A DNA stretch of 63,439 bases from an uncultured Acidimicrobiaceae bacterium (GTDB lineage Bacteria > Actinomycetota > Acidimicrobiia > Spongiisociales > ZC4RG35), in contig CAZYCX010000003.1 of assembly GCA_964645875.1 (NCBI GenBank), forward strand, positions 1 to 63,439, written 5' to 3'. Each line of letters opens with the position of its first letter. Position 1 is the first letter of the stretch. The translations under genes were made by a program, and so were the position numbers. Below the pieces are notes generated by a model. The model searched no databases. It saw only the letters and a program-made list of their open reading frames with translations, and was not told where the DNA came from. This document shows, in pieces, positions 31,416 through 39,491 of the stretch.

Positions 31416-31654
31416 CGGGCTCCGTCAGCCTCCAACTCGTCGATCAGACGCTCGAAGCGTTGCCTCAGGTCGGGAGGCATCTCGACCGTCGGTCCTCTCA
31501 TCATGAAACCTCGCATCTCCTCGGCGAACTCCATCTCCCCACAGCACCGTCGGCACAGGGCGAGATGCTGTTCGACCCTCTCCCGTTCCACGGGCTCGAC
31601 CTCCCCTTCGACGTAGTCCCACAGTTGTCTCACGGCCTCGGTGCAGTCGATCAT
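31412..31654 (-). CDS. Soluble ZAS-family (RsrA-like) anti-sigma factor
   Basis: 80 aa from MIDCTEAV. Cys4 plus H30-x3-C34-x2-C37 (HLALCRRCC). No TM segment. ATGA overlaps with the sigma gene (31651-31654) and with MT1 (31412-31415). Confidence 0.85.
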   Translation of the reverse strand: MIDCTEAVRQLWDYVEGEVEPVERERVEQHLALCRRCCGEMEFAEEMRGFMMRGPTVEMPPDLRQRFERLIDELEADGAR

Positions 31655-32235
31655 GACGGCGACTCCTCTTTCTCCCGCAGCAGGTCTCTCTCCTCCGCGT
31701 AATCCCACAGTTCCTTCTCGAAGAACTTCCGGCCGCGATGCAGCCATGACAACACCGTGTTGCGGGGCGCTCCCAGCATCCGGGACACGGATTCGACGTC
31801 GAGGCCCTCCATGTGTACCAGGACCAATGGGACGCGGTACATCGGTTTGATCCGGTCGAGAACCGCCCAGACATCTTCCTCTGAGAACGAGTGGAGGAAG
31901 TCGACGTGGACGGTGTCCGAGTACGGCCAGGGATCCTCGTCGGCGATGGTTCGATAGAGCGAGTACCCCGAAATGTCCTCCACGGGTGTCTCGTCCGGCC
32001 CGCTCGACTCGCGTCTGAAGCTGTCCCGAGCGCAGTTCACCAGGATGGTCCTGAACCAGCCCGGCGCCGCTTCGAGGTCACGCAGGTCGTCGAACGCCTG
32101 ATAGGCCTTGATCAGGCACTCCTGGACCACATCCTCGGCCCTGGGGCCGCTGAGACGGCGCGCCAGCGCGTAGAGCCAGGGAAGCTGTTGGCGAGCCACC
32201 TGCTGGAAGCTGGTCCCTTCCGAGCTCATCGCCAT
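31651..32235 (-). CDS. ECF-type RNA polymerase sigma-70 family factor
   Basis: Region 2 (AEDVVQECLIKAYQAF...WFRTILVNCARDSFRR) and region 4 (VPLVLVHMEGLDVESVSRMLGAPRNTVLSWLHRGRK). Confidence 0.9.
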   Translation of the reverse strand: MAMSSEGTSFQQVARQQLPWLYALARRLSGPRAEDVVQECLIKAYQAFDDLRDLEAAPGWFRTILVNCARDSFRRESSGPDETPVEDISGYSLYRTIADEDPWPYSDTVHVDFLHSFSEEDVWAVLDRIKPMYRVPLVLVHMEGLDVESVSRMLGAPRNTVLSWLHRGRKFFEKELWDYAEERDLLREKEESPS

Positions 32236-32244
32236 GCCACGACC

Positions 32245-33048
32245 CTAGGCAAGCGAGTCGGGCCGGTTGGGGCGTCGACCTCGAATCGGAACGCCGAAGG
32301 TTCCGTATTTCTTGGCTCTGGCCTCCCCCGGGGCACCACCGAAAGTGTCCACCCTGGGGCCGAACTCGACACCGACCAGGCCTGCTCTCTCGATCGTCGC
32401 CTTCCACCCTGCACCCGGCAGGGCACCGGCGATTCAGCCAGTCCAGAGATCGATGTCCCTCTGGGCTTCCTCCGGAATGGGCTTTTCGACCACGATGTCG
32501 GCGATCTGGAACCATCCCCCCGGTCTGAGGACTCGCATCACCTCTCGATAGGCACCGAGCTTGTCCGGCACCAGGTTGAGGACCCCGTTGGAAATGACCA
32601 CGTCGACGGACTCGTCCTCGATCGGTAGGTCCTCGGCCAGCCCCTGCCGGAATTCGAGGTTCTCCAGGCCCATCATCTTCGCGGCGTCACCGGCGCGATC
32701 GAGCATGTCGGGGGTCATGTCCACCCCGATCACTTCTCCGTTGGTGCCGACAGCGCGCGCCGCGATCACCGAGTCGAGCCCACCACCCGCGCCGACGTCG
32801 ACCACCGTGGCGTCTTCCGGGGGCAGACCCCAATGAAACGGGTTGGCGACTCCGGCGAAGGCCTCCATCACCCGGTCGGGAATGCCCTCGAGGGACGCAA
32901 CCGGGTATCCGATGTGATCCAGGGCCTTCTTCCCGGTGAAGAAGTGGTACTCGGCCGACGGCTGGGTGGCCACCTCCCGGTACTTGGCTTGGATGCCCTC
33001 CCTGAGGAGGTCTTCATCGACCACGGCTGCCTTCGCGTGCTCGATCAT
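32245..33048 (-). CDS. ArsM-fold SAM-dependent methyltransferase with in-frame TGA (32434-32436), candidate selenoprotein (MT2)
   Basis: VVDVGAGGGLDSV and DVVISNGVLNL. Read through, the sequence is ...RDIDLWTG-TGA-IAGALPGAGWKATIERAGLVGVEFGPRVDTFGGAPGEARAKKYGTFGV... ending at TAG 32245-32247, in frame (189 nt after the TGA). That stop is only 9 nt before the sigma start. Confidence 0.7.
32405..32425 (-). promoter_or_regulatory. Candidate SECIS-like hairpin downstream of the MT2 UGA
   Basis: mRNA UGCCCUG-CCGGGUG-CAGGGUG forms 7 bp including two G-U. The apical loop starts 18 nt from the U of UGA. Confidence 0.35.
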
Positions 33049-33124
33049 CGATGGTCCTTTCGTTCGCCTGGCTCAGAGACAGAGACGTGTCACGAAGCCT
33101 CGCGATTGCGCGAACGGGGTGCTC

Positions 33125-33514
33125 TCACGTCCGGCCCATCAGCCGGTCGACGGTGATCTCGATGGCGACCCGATCGGGGTTCTCCCGCGCCGGGCGATAA
33201 CGGGCCTCGAATCCACTCACCGCTCTCGCTATCCCGTCAGGATCCCGTACCACCCGCGCCTCGCCCTCGAGGGTGAGCCACCGTGGCCCGTCGACCTGGC
33301 AAACCGCGACGCGACCGTGCCTTTCGGTGTTCTTGACCTTCTGCGTATTGTCCGAGCTGATGATCCGGACCAATCCGGCATCGGCGTCGTAGGCGAATGC
33401 GACGGCGACGACATGGGGAGTCCCGTCCGGGCGGATCGTGGTCAGAGTGCCCAGGTGACGCTCCGAAAGGAACGCCTTCTCGGTGTCGGTCAGGTCGGCG
33501 GTCGTTCTCGGCAT
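33125..33514 (-). CDS. PPOX-class (pyridoxamine 5-phosphate oxidase fold) probable F420/FMN-dependent protein
   Basis: FLSERHLGTLTTIRPDGTPHVVAVAFAYD...VRIISSDNTQKVKN...RVAVCQVDGPRWLTLEGEARV. Start set at MPRTTADL (ATG 33514). Confidence 0.8.
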   Translation of the reverse strand: MPRTTADLTDTEKAFLSERHLGTLTTIRPDGTPHVVAVAFAYDADAGLVRIISSDNTQKVKNTERHGRVAVCQVDGPRWLTLEGEARVVRDPDGIARAVSGFEARYRPARENPDRVAIEITVDRLMGRT

Positions 33515-34427
33515 GCCGGGCACGGTAACCAGGGAGACGCTATTGACCGATAGGGAACAGATCGAGACCACCTACCAGGAGATACAGTCGGCTTTCTGTG
33601 CCGCTGTCGAGGTGATCGACGGGCAGGAGACGTTCGGTGTCGACGACTGGGAACGGCCGGGAGGCGGTGGCGGGATCACACGCATCCTGTCGGGCGCGGG
33701 TCACGTCGAGAAGGCGGCAGTCAACTTCAGTGCCGTGGAAGGAGCCACTCCGAAGGCGCTCTCCGAGCGGATGGCCGTCGGCAGCTCTCGGTTCTTCGCC
33801 ACCGGTGTGTCCACCATCGTCCATCCCCGCAACCCTCTCGCCCCGACCTTCCACGCCAACATCCGCTACTTCGAGACCGACACCGGTCACTCCTGGTTCG
33901 GAGGGGGAGCCGACCTGACCCCTCACTACCTGTTCGAGACCGACGCCATTCACTTCCACCGGACGTTGAAGACGGTCTGTGACAGGCATCCGGTGGCGGA
34001 CTACCGCGTCTGGAAGCAGGCATGCGACGAGTACTTCTACCTGCCCCACCGGGGCGAGGCGCGCGGCATCGGGGGGATCTTCTTCGACCATCTCACAGAT
34101 CGTCCCGACGAGATCTGGGCTTACCAGCGCGAGCTCGGGCACAGCCTGACCGATCTCTATCTGCCCATCCTGACCGCACGTCTCGACGAGGAGCACGGAG
34201 AGCGCGAGCGCGAGTGGCAGGAGGTGCGCCGGGGACGATATGCCGAGTTCAACCTGGTTTGGGATCGCGGCACCAGGTTCGGTCTCGAGACCTCGGGCCG
34301 AACCGAGTCCATCCTGGCCTCCTTGCCACCCCGGGCCCGCTGGGTCTACGGGCACGAACCGGAGCCGGGAAGTCGCGAAGCGGCGCTCCTGGAACTGGTC
34401 CGGGCACCACCCCGTGACTGGGTCTGA
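33513..34427 (+). CDS. hemF: Oxygen-dependent coproporphyrinogen III oxidase
   Basis: DDWERPGGGGGITRIL, AAVNFS, VHPRNPLAPTFHANIRYFE, WFGGGADLTPHY, GIGGIFFD. The start is uncertain (ATG 33513 or TTG 33543). Confidence 0.9.
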   Translation: MPGTVTRETLLTDREQIETTYQEIQSAFCAAVEVIDGQETFGVDDWERPGGGGGITRILSGAGHVEKAAVNFSAVEGATPKALSERMAVGSSRFFATGVSTIVHPRNPLAPTFHANIRYFETDTGHSWFGGGADLTPHYLFETDAIHFHRTLKTVCDRHPVADYRVWKQACDEYFYLPHRGEARGIGGIFFDHLTDRPDEIWAYQRELGHSLTDLYLPILTARLDEEHGEREREWQEVRRGRYAEFNLVWDRGTRFGLETSGRTESILASLPPRARWVYGHEPEPGSREAALLELVRAPPRDWV

Positions 34428-34480
34428 CACAGAAGCGGAAGACCTGGATCGAATTCGTCCCCGTCCTTTTTGCCGACTCT

Positions 34481-35686
34481 GTGTCGGACCTACGCGCCGT
34501 TACGGTCGTCCCGTCAGCTCGAAGGATCGAGACTTTGGAGCTATCGGCCGCAAGCTTCTCCTACCCGGAACACGACGGCGCCACCCGCGCCGAGATCGCA
34601 GGGTCGCTGCTCCGCGGAGCCGGCCCGAAGGAGGGATTCGTGCTCTCCACTTGCATCCGCGTCGAAGTCGCAGTGCCCGGGTCGGACGAACAACTCAGAG
34701 ACGCCCTGACCGATCTCTTCGGAGAGGGGATGGATGTAGCGCCGCAGATCCGGGTGGGCGAGGCGGCGGCGACCCATCTCTATCGCATCGCCGCCGGTCT
34801 GGAATCCCCCATCCTCGGGGAGCAGGAGATCCTCACCCAGTTCCGACAGACCCTGATCGAGGCCGAGGAGGCCGGTCGGGTCGGGGGCCTGTTCGCCCGT
34901 CTCCTCGAGTCGGCCGTGTCGGTGGGGCGCCAGGCGCGGGAGCTCATCCCCGGCTCCCCCCACAACTCGATGGCGGCCGTCGCCGCCCAGGCGGTCGGCA
35001 CCGCCAACCGGGTGGCAGTCCTCGGCTCGGGGATCATGGCCACGGCGGTGGTGGAGGGCCTGTTGCTCCTGCCCGCGCCTCCCCTGGTCACCGTGGTGGC
35101 GCGTCACCCGGAGAAGGTGGCGGACCGGGACGGGGTCGAGGTGCTCCCCTTCGAGCGCGCCCGATCGGTGATAGAGGAGTTTCCCGCGGTCATATCCGCA
35201 ACCTCCGCCAAACATCGGCTCGTGGACGATCGCGCCCTCTCCGAGGCGATGTCCCGACGTCGGGATCGGCTGCTGCTGATCGACATGGCGATGCCTCCCG
35301 ACTTCAAGCCCATGGTCGAAGACGACGTCACCTACATCGCCATAGACGACCTGGCCCGCATGGCCGATCGCCGACCCCGCACGGACGAGGCCGACGCGTT
35401 CGTCGAGTCGGCGGCGACCGATGCCTACCGAAACTATCGGGAGCATCACGAGGTCGGCCCCCTCATCGGTGGTCTGATGAGCACCGCCGACGAGATAGTC
35501 GACAATGCGGTACGGCGGTTCTCCGGCCGTCTCGGAGACCCGGACGACGAAGCGGTCCTCCGTCAATCGGCGCACACGGTGGCCCGCACGCTGCTCGCCG
35601 GGCCCGTTTCCTATTTGAAGGCCGCTGGCCGGGCCCCCGAGGCCATCGAAGTCATCGCCGACGCATTCGGCGTCGACGATGGCTGA
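34481..35686 (+). CDS. hemA: Glutamyl-tRNA reductase
   Basis: VLSTCIRVEV (catalytic Cys), LESPILGEQEILTQFR, NADPH Rossmann motif VAVLGSGIMA. GTG start. Confidence 0.9.
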   Translation: MSDLRAVTVVPSARRIETLELSAASFSYPEHDGATRAEIAGSLLRGAGPKEGFVLSTCIRVEVAVPGSDEQLRDALTDLFGEGMDVAPQIRVGEAAATHLYRIAAGLESPILGEQEILTQFRQTLIEAEEAGRVGGLFARLLESAVSVGRQARELIPGSPHNSMAAVAAQAVGTANRVAVLGSGIMATAVVEGLLLLPAPPLVTVVARHPEKVADRDGVEVLPFERARSVIEEFPAVISATSAKHRLVDDRALSEAMSRRRDRLLLIDMAMPPDFKPMVEDDVTYIAIDDLARMADRRPRTDEADAFVESAATDAYRNYREHHEVGPLIGGLMSTADEIVDNAVRRFSGRLGDPDDEAVLRQSAHTVARTLLAGPVSYLKAAGRAPEAIEVIADAFGVDDG

Positions 35687-36536
35687 TCTGAGGATCGCCA
35701 CTCGTGGCTCCGACCTCGCCATGGCTCAGGCGCGCTGGGTGGCCGGGAGTCTCGAGGCTGCTCATCTTGGCCTGGAGACCACGCTCGTCGAGGTGTCGAC
35801 CACCGGGGATCGCGACCGGGTCTCGCCGGTCGCCACGCTCACAGAGGTGGGAGCTTTCGTGCGTGCCGTGCAGCAGGCGGTCCTCGAGGGGAGGGCCGAC
35901 GTCGGGGTGCACTCCTGCAAGGACCTCCCGGTCGACGGTCCTGGTGGCCTCACCGTTTTCTACCCAGAGCGCGAGGCGCCGTGGGACGTGATGTGCGGAC
36001 ACGACCTCGAGTCGCTGCCGACCGGTGCGAGAGTGGGCACCGGAAGCCCTCGTAGAGCCGCACAGTTGAAGGCTCTGCGTCCGGACCTGGTCGTCGCCGA
36101 CATTCGCGGAAACGTGGGCACACGTCTTGAGAAGATGGAGACGGGCGAATACGAAGCAGTGGTGCTCGCCGAGGCTGGGCTGCGACGACTCGGCCGTACC
36201 GGTGAGATCACGCACCGTTTCACGCTCGCCGAGATGGTCCCCGCGCCCGGCCAGGCAGCGCTGGCGGTGGAGGGACGTCGCGACGATCCGTTGCTCGACC
36301 TGCTGACAGCGATCGACGACCCTGAGACCCGACTCACCGTCGAGACCGAGCGGTCACTGCTGGGTAACACCCGTGCCGGGTGCCGCTCGGCCCTGGGTGC
36401 ACTGGCCGAGGTCCAGGAGGGCTCTATTCGAATCACCGGCTTCGTCGAGGACGAGGCGGGCTCTCGTTACGCAGTTGCCGAAGGGGCCACCCCCGAATCG
36501 GCAGCGCGGGCACTGCAGGAGGGACTGGGGCTGTGA
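35679..36536 (+). CDS. hemC: Hydroxymethylbilane synthase (porphobilinogen deaminase)
   Basis: LRIATRGSDLAMAQA, VHSCKDLP, GTGSPRRAAQL, IRGNVGTRL. 8-nt overlap with hemA. Confidence 0.93.
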   Translation: MADLRIATRGSDLAMAQARWVAGSLEAAHLGLETTLVEVSTTGDRDRVSPVATLTEVGAFVRAVQQAVLEGRADVGVHSCKDLPVDGPGGLTVFYPEREAPWDVMCGHDLESLPTGARVGTGSPRRAAQLKALRPDLVVADIRGNVGTRLEKMETGEYEAVVLAEAGLRRLGRTGEITHRFTLAEMVPAPGQAALAVEGRRDDPLLDLLTAIDDPETRLTVETERSLLGNTRAGCRSALGALAEVQEGSIRITGFVEDEAGSRYAVAEGATPESAARALQEGLGL

Positions 36537-37231
36537 CCAAACCACGTCTCGCCCTGACCAGCACACCCGAGCGGGCGGTCTCCCTGGGGGCAGTCGCCCA
36601 GAGTGCCGGCCTGGCGCCGGTCTCATTGCCCTGCATCGAGTACGTCCCCGTCGACTCCTCGATCGTCGAGATGGCGCGGGCCAGGGCCGCCGGTTGCGAC
36701 TGGCTGGTACTGACCTCGGCGCGGGCGGTGGCCACCCTCTGGCCGCGGGGAGGTATCCCCGCCGCTTCTGTGGCCGCCGTCGGGCCCGCCACCGCGGCAG
36801 CGGTGAGGACGGCAGGAGGCGACCCCAGCCTGGTCGGAGACGCCGGATCCGAAGAGTTGTTCGATCGCTTGTCAGGAGCCATCGCCGGGCAATCGGTCTT
36901 CGTTCCCCACGCCGCCGCAGCCGACCTGTCCAGGCTCGACATCTTGGAGGCGGCCGGAGCCGTCGTCGACACCATGGCCGTCTACGACGTCAGGCCGATC
37001 GCCCCTGGCGGTGACCCGGTGGAAGCGGTGGCCTTCGGCTCACCGACCGCGGTCGAGGGGTGGCTCTCCGCCCGCACTCTGGACGGGTTGGTCGTGGGGG
37101 CGATCGGAGAGACTACGAAGGCTTCACTCACAGCGCATGAGATGGCCGCAGACTTCGTTCCCGAGGAGCCCTCGTTCGAGGATTTGATCAGCCTGATCGC
37201 GGCCGGTCTGAGAGACAGGAGCACCGTATGA
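36533..37231 (+). CDS. hemD: Uroporphyrinogen-III synthase
   Basis: GTGA overlap with the hemC stop. The HemD-like two-lobe pattern (WLVLTSARAV, VAAVGPATA, AFGSPTAV) and the position in the cluster support the call. Confidence 0.8.
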   Translation: MTKPRLALTSTPERAVSLGAVAQSAGLAPVSLPCIEYVPVDSSIVEMARARAAGCDWLVLTSARAVATLWPRGGIPAASVAAVGPATAAAVRTAGGDPSLVGDAGSEELFDRLSGAIAGQSVFVPHAAAADLSRLDILEAAGAVVDTMAVYDVRPIAPGGDPVEAVAFGSPTAVEGWLSARTLDGLVVGAIGETTKASLTAHEMAADFVPEEPSFEDLISLIAAGLRDRSTV

Positions 37232-38208
37232 CACGATTCCCGGAGTTGCGGAGTCGCCGGCTCCGCCGGACCGAGGCACTGCGCCGCCAGGTGGCGGAGA
37301 CCCGTCTTCATCCCGCATCCTTCGTGTTGCCGCTCTTCGTCGTTCCCGGCAGGGATGTGAGCAACCCGATCGGATCGATGCCAGGGCATTCCCAGCTCTC
37401 GGTGGACGAGATGATCCCGGTGGTCAAGGAGGCTGCTTCTGCCGGCGTGGGAGGCGTGATCCTCTTCGGCATTCCCGAAGCCAAAGACGAGTCGGGTTCC
37501 GGGGCATGGGACGTTGCCGGGCCGGTGCCTGAGGCAATCCGCGCCATCAAGGATCAGGTGGCGGATATCACAGTGTGGGCAGACGTCTGTCTCTGTGAGT
37601 ACACCAGCCATGGCCACTGCGGCGTTCTCGATGGTGAGTCGGTGGACAACGACCGGACCCTCCCGCTCCTGGCTCAGGCTGCGATGGTCTACGCAGACGC
37701 CGGAGCCGACGTAATCGCCCCCTCCGACATGATGGACGGGCGCGTCGGTGCCATCAGGGAGGCGCTCGATTCTGCTGCCCACGAGGAGCTCGCCATCTGC
37801 TCGTATTCGGCCAAGTATGCGAGCGCCTACTACGGGCCTTTCCGGGACGCGGCCGAGTCGGCGCCCGCCTTTGGGGACCGGCGCACTCACCAGATGGACC
37901 CGCCGAATGTGCGGGAGGCTCTGGTCGAGGTTGCCCTCGATTTGGCCGAGGGTGCGGACATGGTGATGGTCAAACCGGCCGGGCCTTACCTCGACGTGAT
38001 CTCGGCAGTCCGTTCCCGCGTCGACATCCCGGTGGTGGCTTACCAGGTGTCCGGAGAGTTCTCGATGATCGAGGCCGCCGCGGCCAACGGCTGGGTCGAC
38101 GGCGACAGGGTCATGCTGGAGTCGCTGACAGCAATCGCCCGCGCCGGTGCCGGCATCACCCTCACCTACTTCGCCACCCGGGCGGCCCGGGCACTCGCCG
38201 GAGGCTGA
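37228..38208 (+). CDS. hemB: Porphobilinogen synthase (ALA dehydratase)
   Basis: RLRR...LR, LFGIP, ADVCLCEYTSHGHCG, APSDMMDGR, YSAKYASAYYGPFR, VKPA. ATGA overlap. Confidence 0.94.
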   Translation: MTRFPELRSRRLRRTEALRRQVAETRLHPASFVLPLFVVPGRDVSNPIGSMPGHSQLSVDEMIPVVKEAASAGVGGVILFGIPEAKDESGSGAWDVAGPVPEAIRAIKDQVADITVWADVCLCEYTSHGHCGVLDGESVDNDRTLPLLAQAAMVYADAGADVIAPSDMMDGRVGAIREALDSAAHEELAICSYSAKYASAYYGPFRDAAESAPAFGDRRTHQMDPPNVREALVEVALDLAEGADMVMVKPAGPYLDVISAVRSRVDIPVVAYQVSGEFSMIEAAAANGWVDGDRVMLESLTAIARAGAGITLTYFATRAARALAGG

Positions 38209-38213
38209 TCGAG

Positions 38214-39491
38214 ATGACTGCGACGAATACGGACTGGTACGAGCGTGCGGTTCGGGTGATGCCCGGGGGTGTCAACTCGCCGGTGCGTGCCTTCAAGGGA
38301 GTGGGCGGGGTGCCGCCTTTCGTGGAGAGCGCCGCCGGCGCACGTCTCACGACGCTCGACGACGGCGATCTCATCGACTTCATCGCCTCCTGGGGGGCGC
38401 TCATCCTCGGCCATGCCGAGCCCACGGTGGTGGAGGCCGTCGAGGAGGCGGCGAGAAGGGGCACGTCGTTCGGGATAACCACCAGTCAGGAGGTCGAGAT
38501 CGCCGAGCTCATCTGCGCGATGGTCCCGTCCATCGAGGTGATGCGGATGGTCAACTCGGGAACCGAGGCCACTGCTTCGGCGATACGGGTGGCGCGTGCC
38601 GCCACCGGCCGTCAGGGGATCATCAAGTTCGAGGGTTGCTACCACGGTCATGCCGACCCGTTCCTGGTCAAGGCGGGTAGCGGGGCCGCCACTCTCGGAG
38701 AGCCGGACAGTCCCGGCGTGCCCGCCGGGACCGTGGCCGACACCCGGATCGCGCGCTTCAACGATCTCGAATCGGTGGAGAAGGCCCTGGCCGAGGGTGG
38801 GATCGCCGCCGTCATAGTCGAGCCCGTTGCCGGGAACATGGGCGTCGTGCCTCCCCAGCCCGGGTTCCTCGAGGGGTTGCGACAGCTCTGCGACGACAAC
38901 GGCGCCATCCTGATCTTCGACGAGGTCATGACGGGCTTTCGTGTCGCCCGTGGCGGTGCTCAGGATCGTTACGGGGTGGCCCCCGACCTCACCTGCCTCG
39001 GCAAGATCGTCTCAGGGGGAACGCCGTCGGCGGTCTATGGAGGGCGGGAGGACCTCATGCGTCGGGTTGCCCCGGACGGCCCCGTCTACCAGGCCGGCAC
39101 ACTGGCCGGCAACCCGCTGACGGTCGCCGCCGGACTGGCAACCCTGCGGGCCATCGAGGCGAGCCCCGAGATCTATGACGAGTTGGAGTCCCTGGGGGCA
39201 GTCCTGGAGGACGAACTGGCCGGCGCCCTGACGGAGAACGGAATCGAGGGCTGTGTTCAGAGGGCCGGTGCGATGATGACGGTGTTCTTCGGCCCAACCG
39301 AGGTGCGCTCTTGGGACGAGGCCGCTCTTGTCGATCGAGACCGCTTCTCCCGTTTCTTCCACGCTGCGTATCGGTCCGGGGTCCTCCTCCCGCCGTCGCC
39401 GTTCGAAGCCCTGTTCCTGATGCGGGCACACCGCGGTGTGGTCACGGAGGCCACAGATCTCCTCGTCGAAGCAGTCGGGGCTGCCGCTTGA
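38214..39491 (+). CDS. hemL: Glutamate-1-semialdehyde 2,1-aminomutase
   Basis: MPGGVNSPVRAF, SWGALILGH, NSGTEA, ILIFDEVMTGFR, GKIVSGG. Confidence 0.94.
   Translation: MTATNTDWYERAVRVMPGGVNSPVRAFKGVGGVPPFVESAAGARLTTLDDGDLIDFIASWGALILGHAEPTVVEAVEEAARRGTSFGITTSQEVEIAELICAMVPSIEVMRMVNSGTEATASAIRVARAATGRQGIIKFEGCYHGHADPFLVKAGSGAATLGEPDSPGVPAGTVADTRIARFNDLESVEKALAEGGIAAVIVEPVAGNMGVVPPQPGFLEGLRQLCDDNGAILIFDEVMTGFRVARGGAQDRYGVAPDLTCLGKIVSGGTPSAVYGGREDLMRRVAPDGPVYQAGTLAGNPLTVAAGLATLRAIEASPEIYDELESLGAVLEDELAGALTENGIEGCVQRAGAMMTVFFGPTEVRSWDEAALVDRDRFSRFFHAAYRSGVLLPPSPFEALFLMRAHRGVVTEATDLLVEAVGAAA

Noticed and set aside
30624-33048. Treating the two TGA-interrupted methyltransferases as ordinary pseudogenes or split genes
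   Set aside because: I considered this but judged it less likely. Both diverged paralogues have the stop at the same catalytic-Cys column. Both downstream segments stay open in frame with coding-like composition and family-typical sequence, each has a hairpin at SECIS-like spacing, and the MT2 extension exactly fills the gap to the next gene. It remains the null hypothesis until Sec machinery is found.
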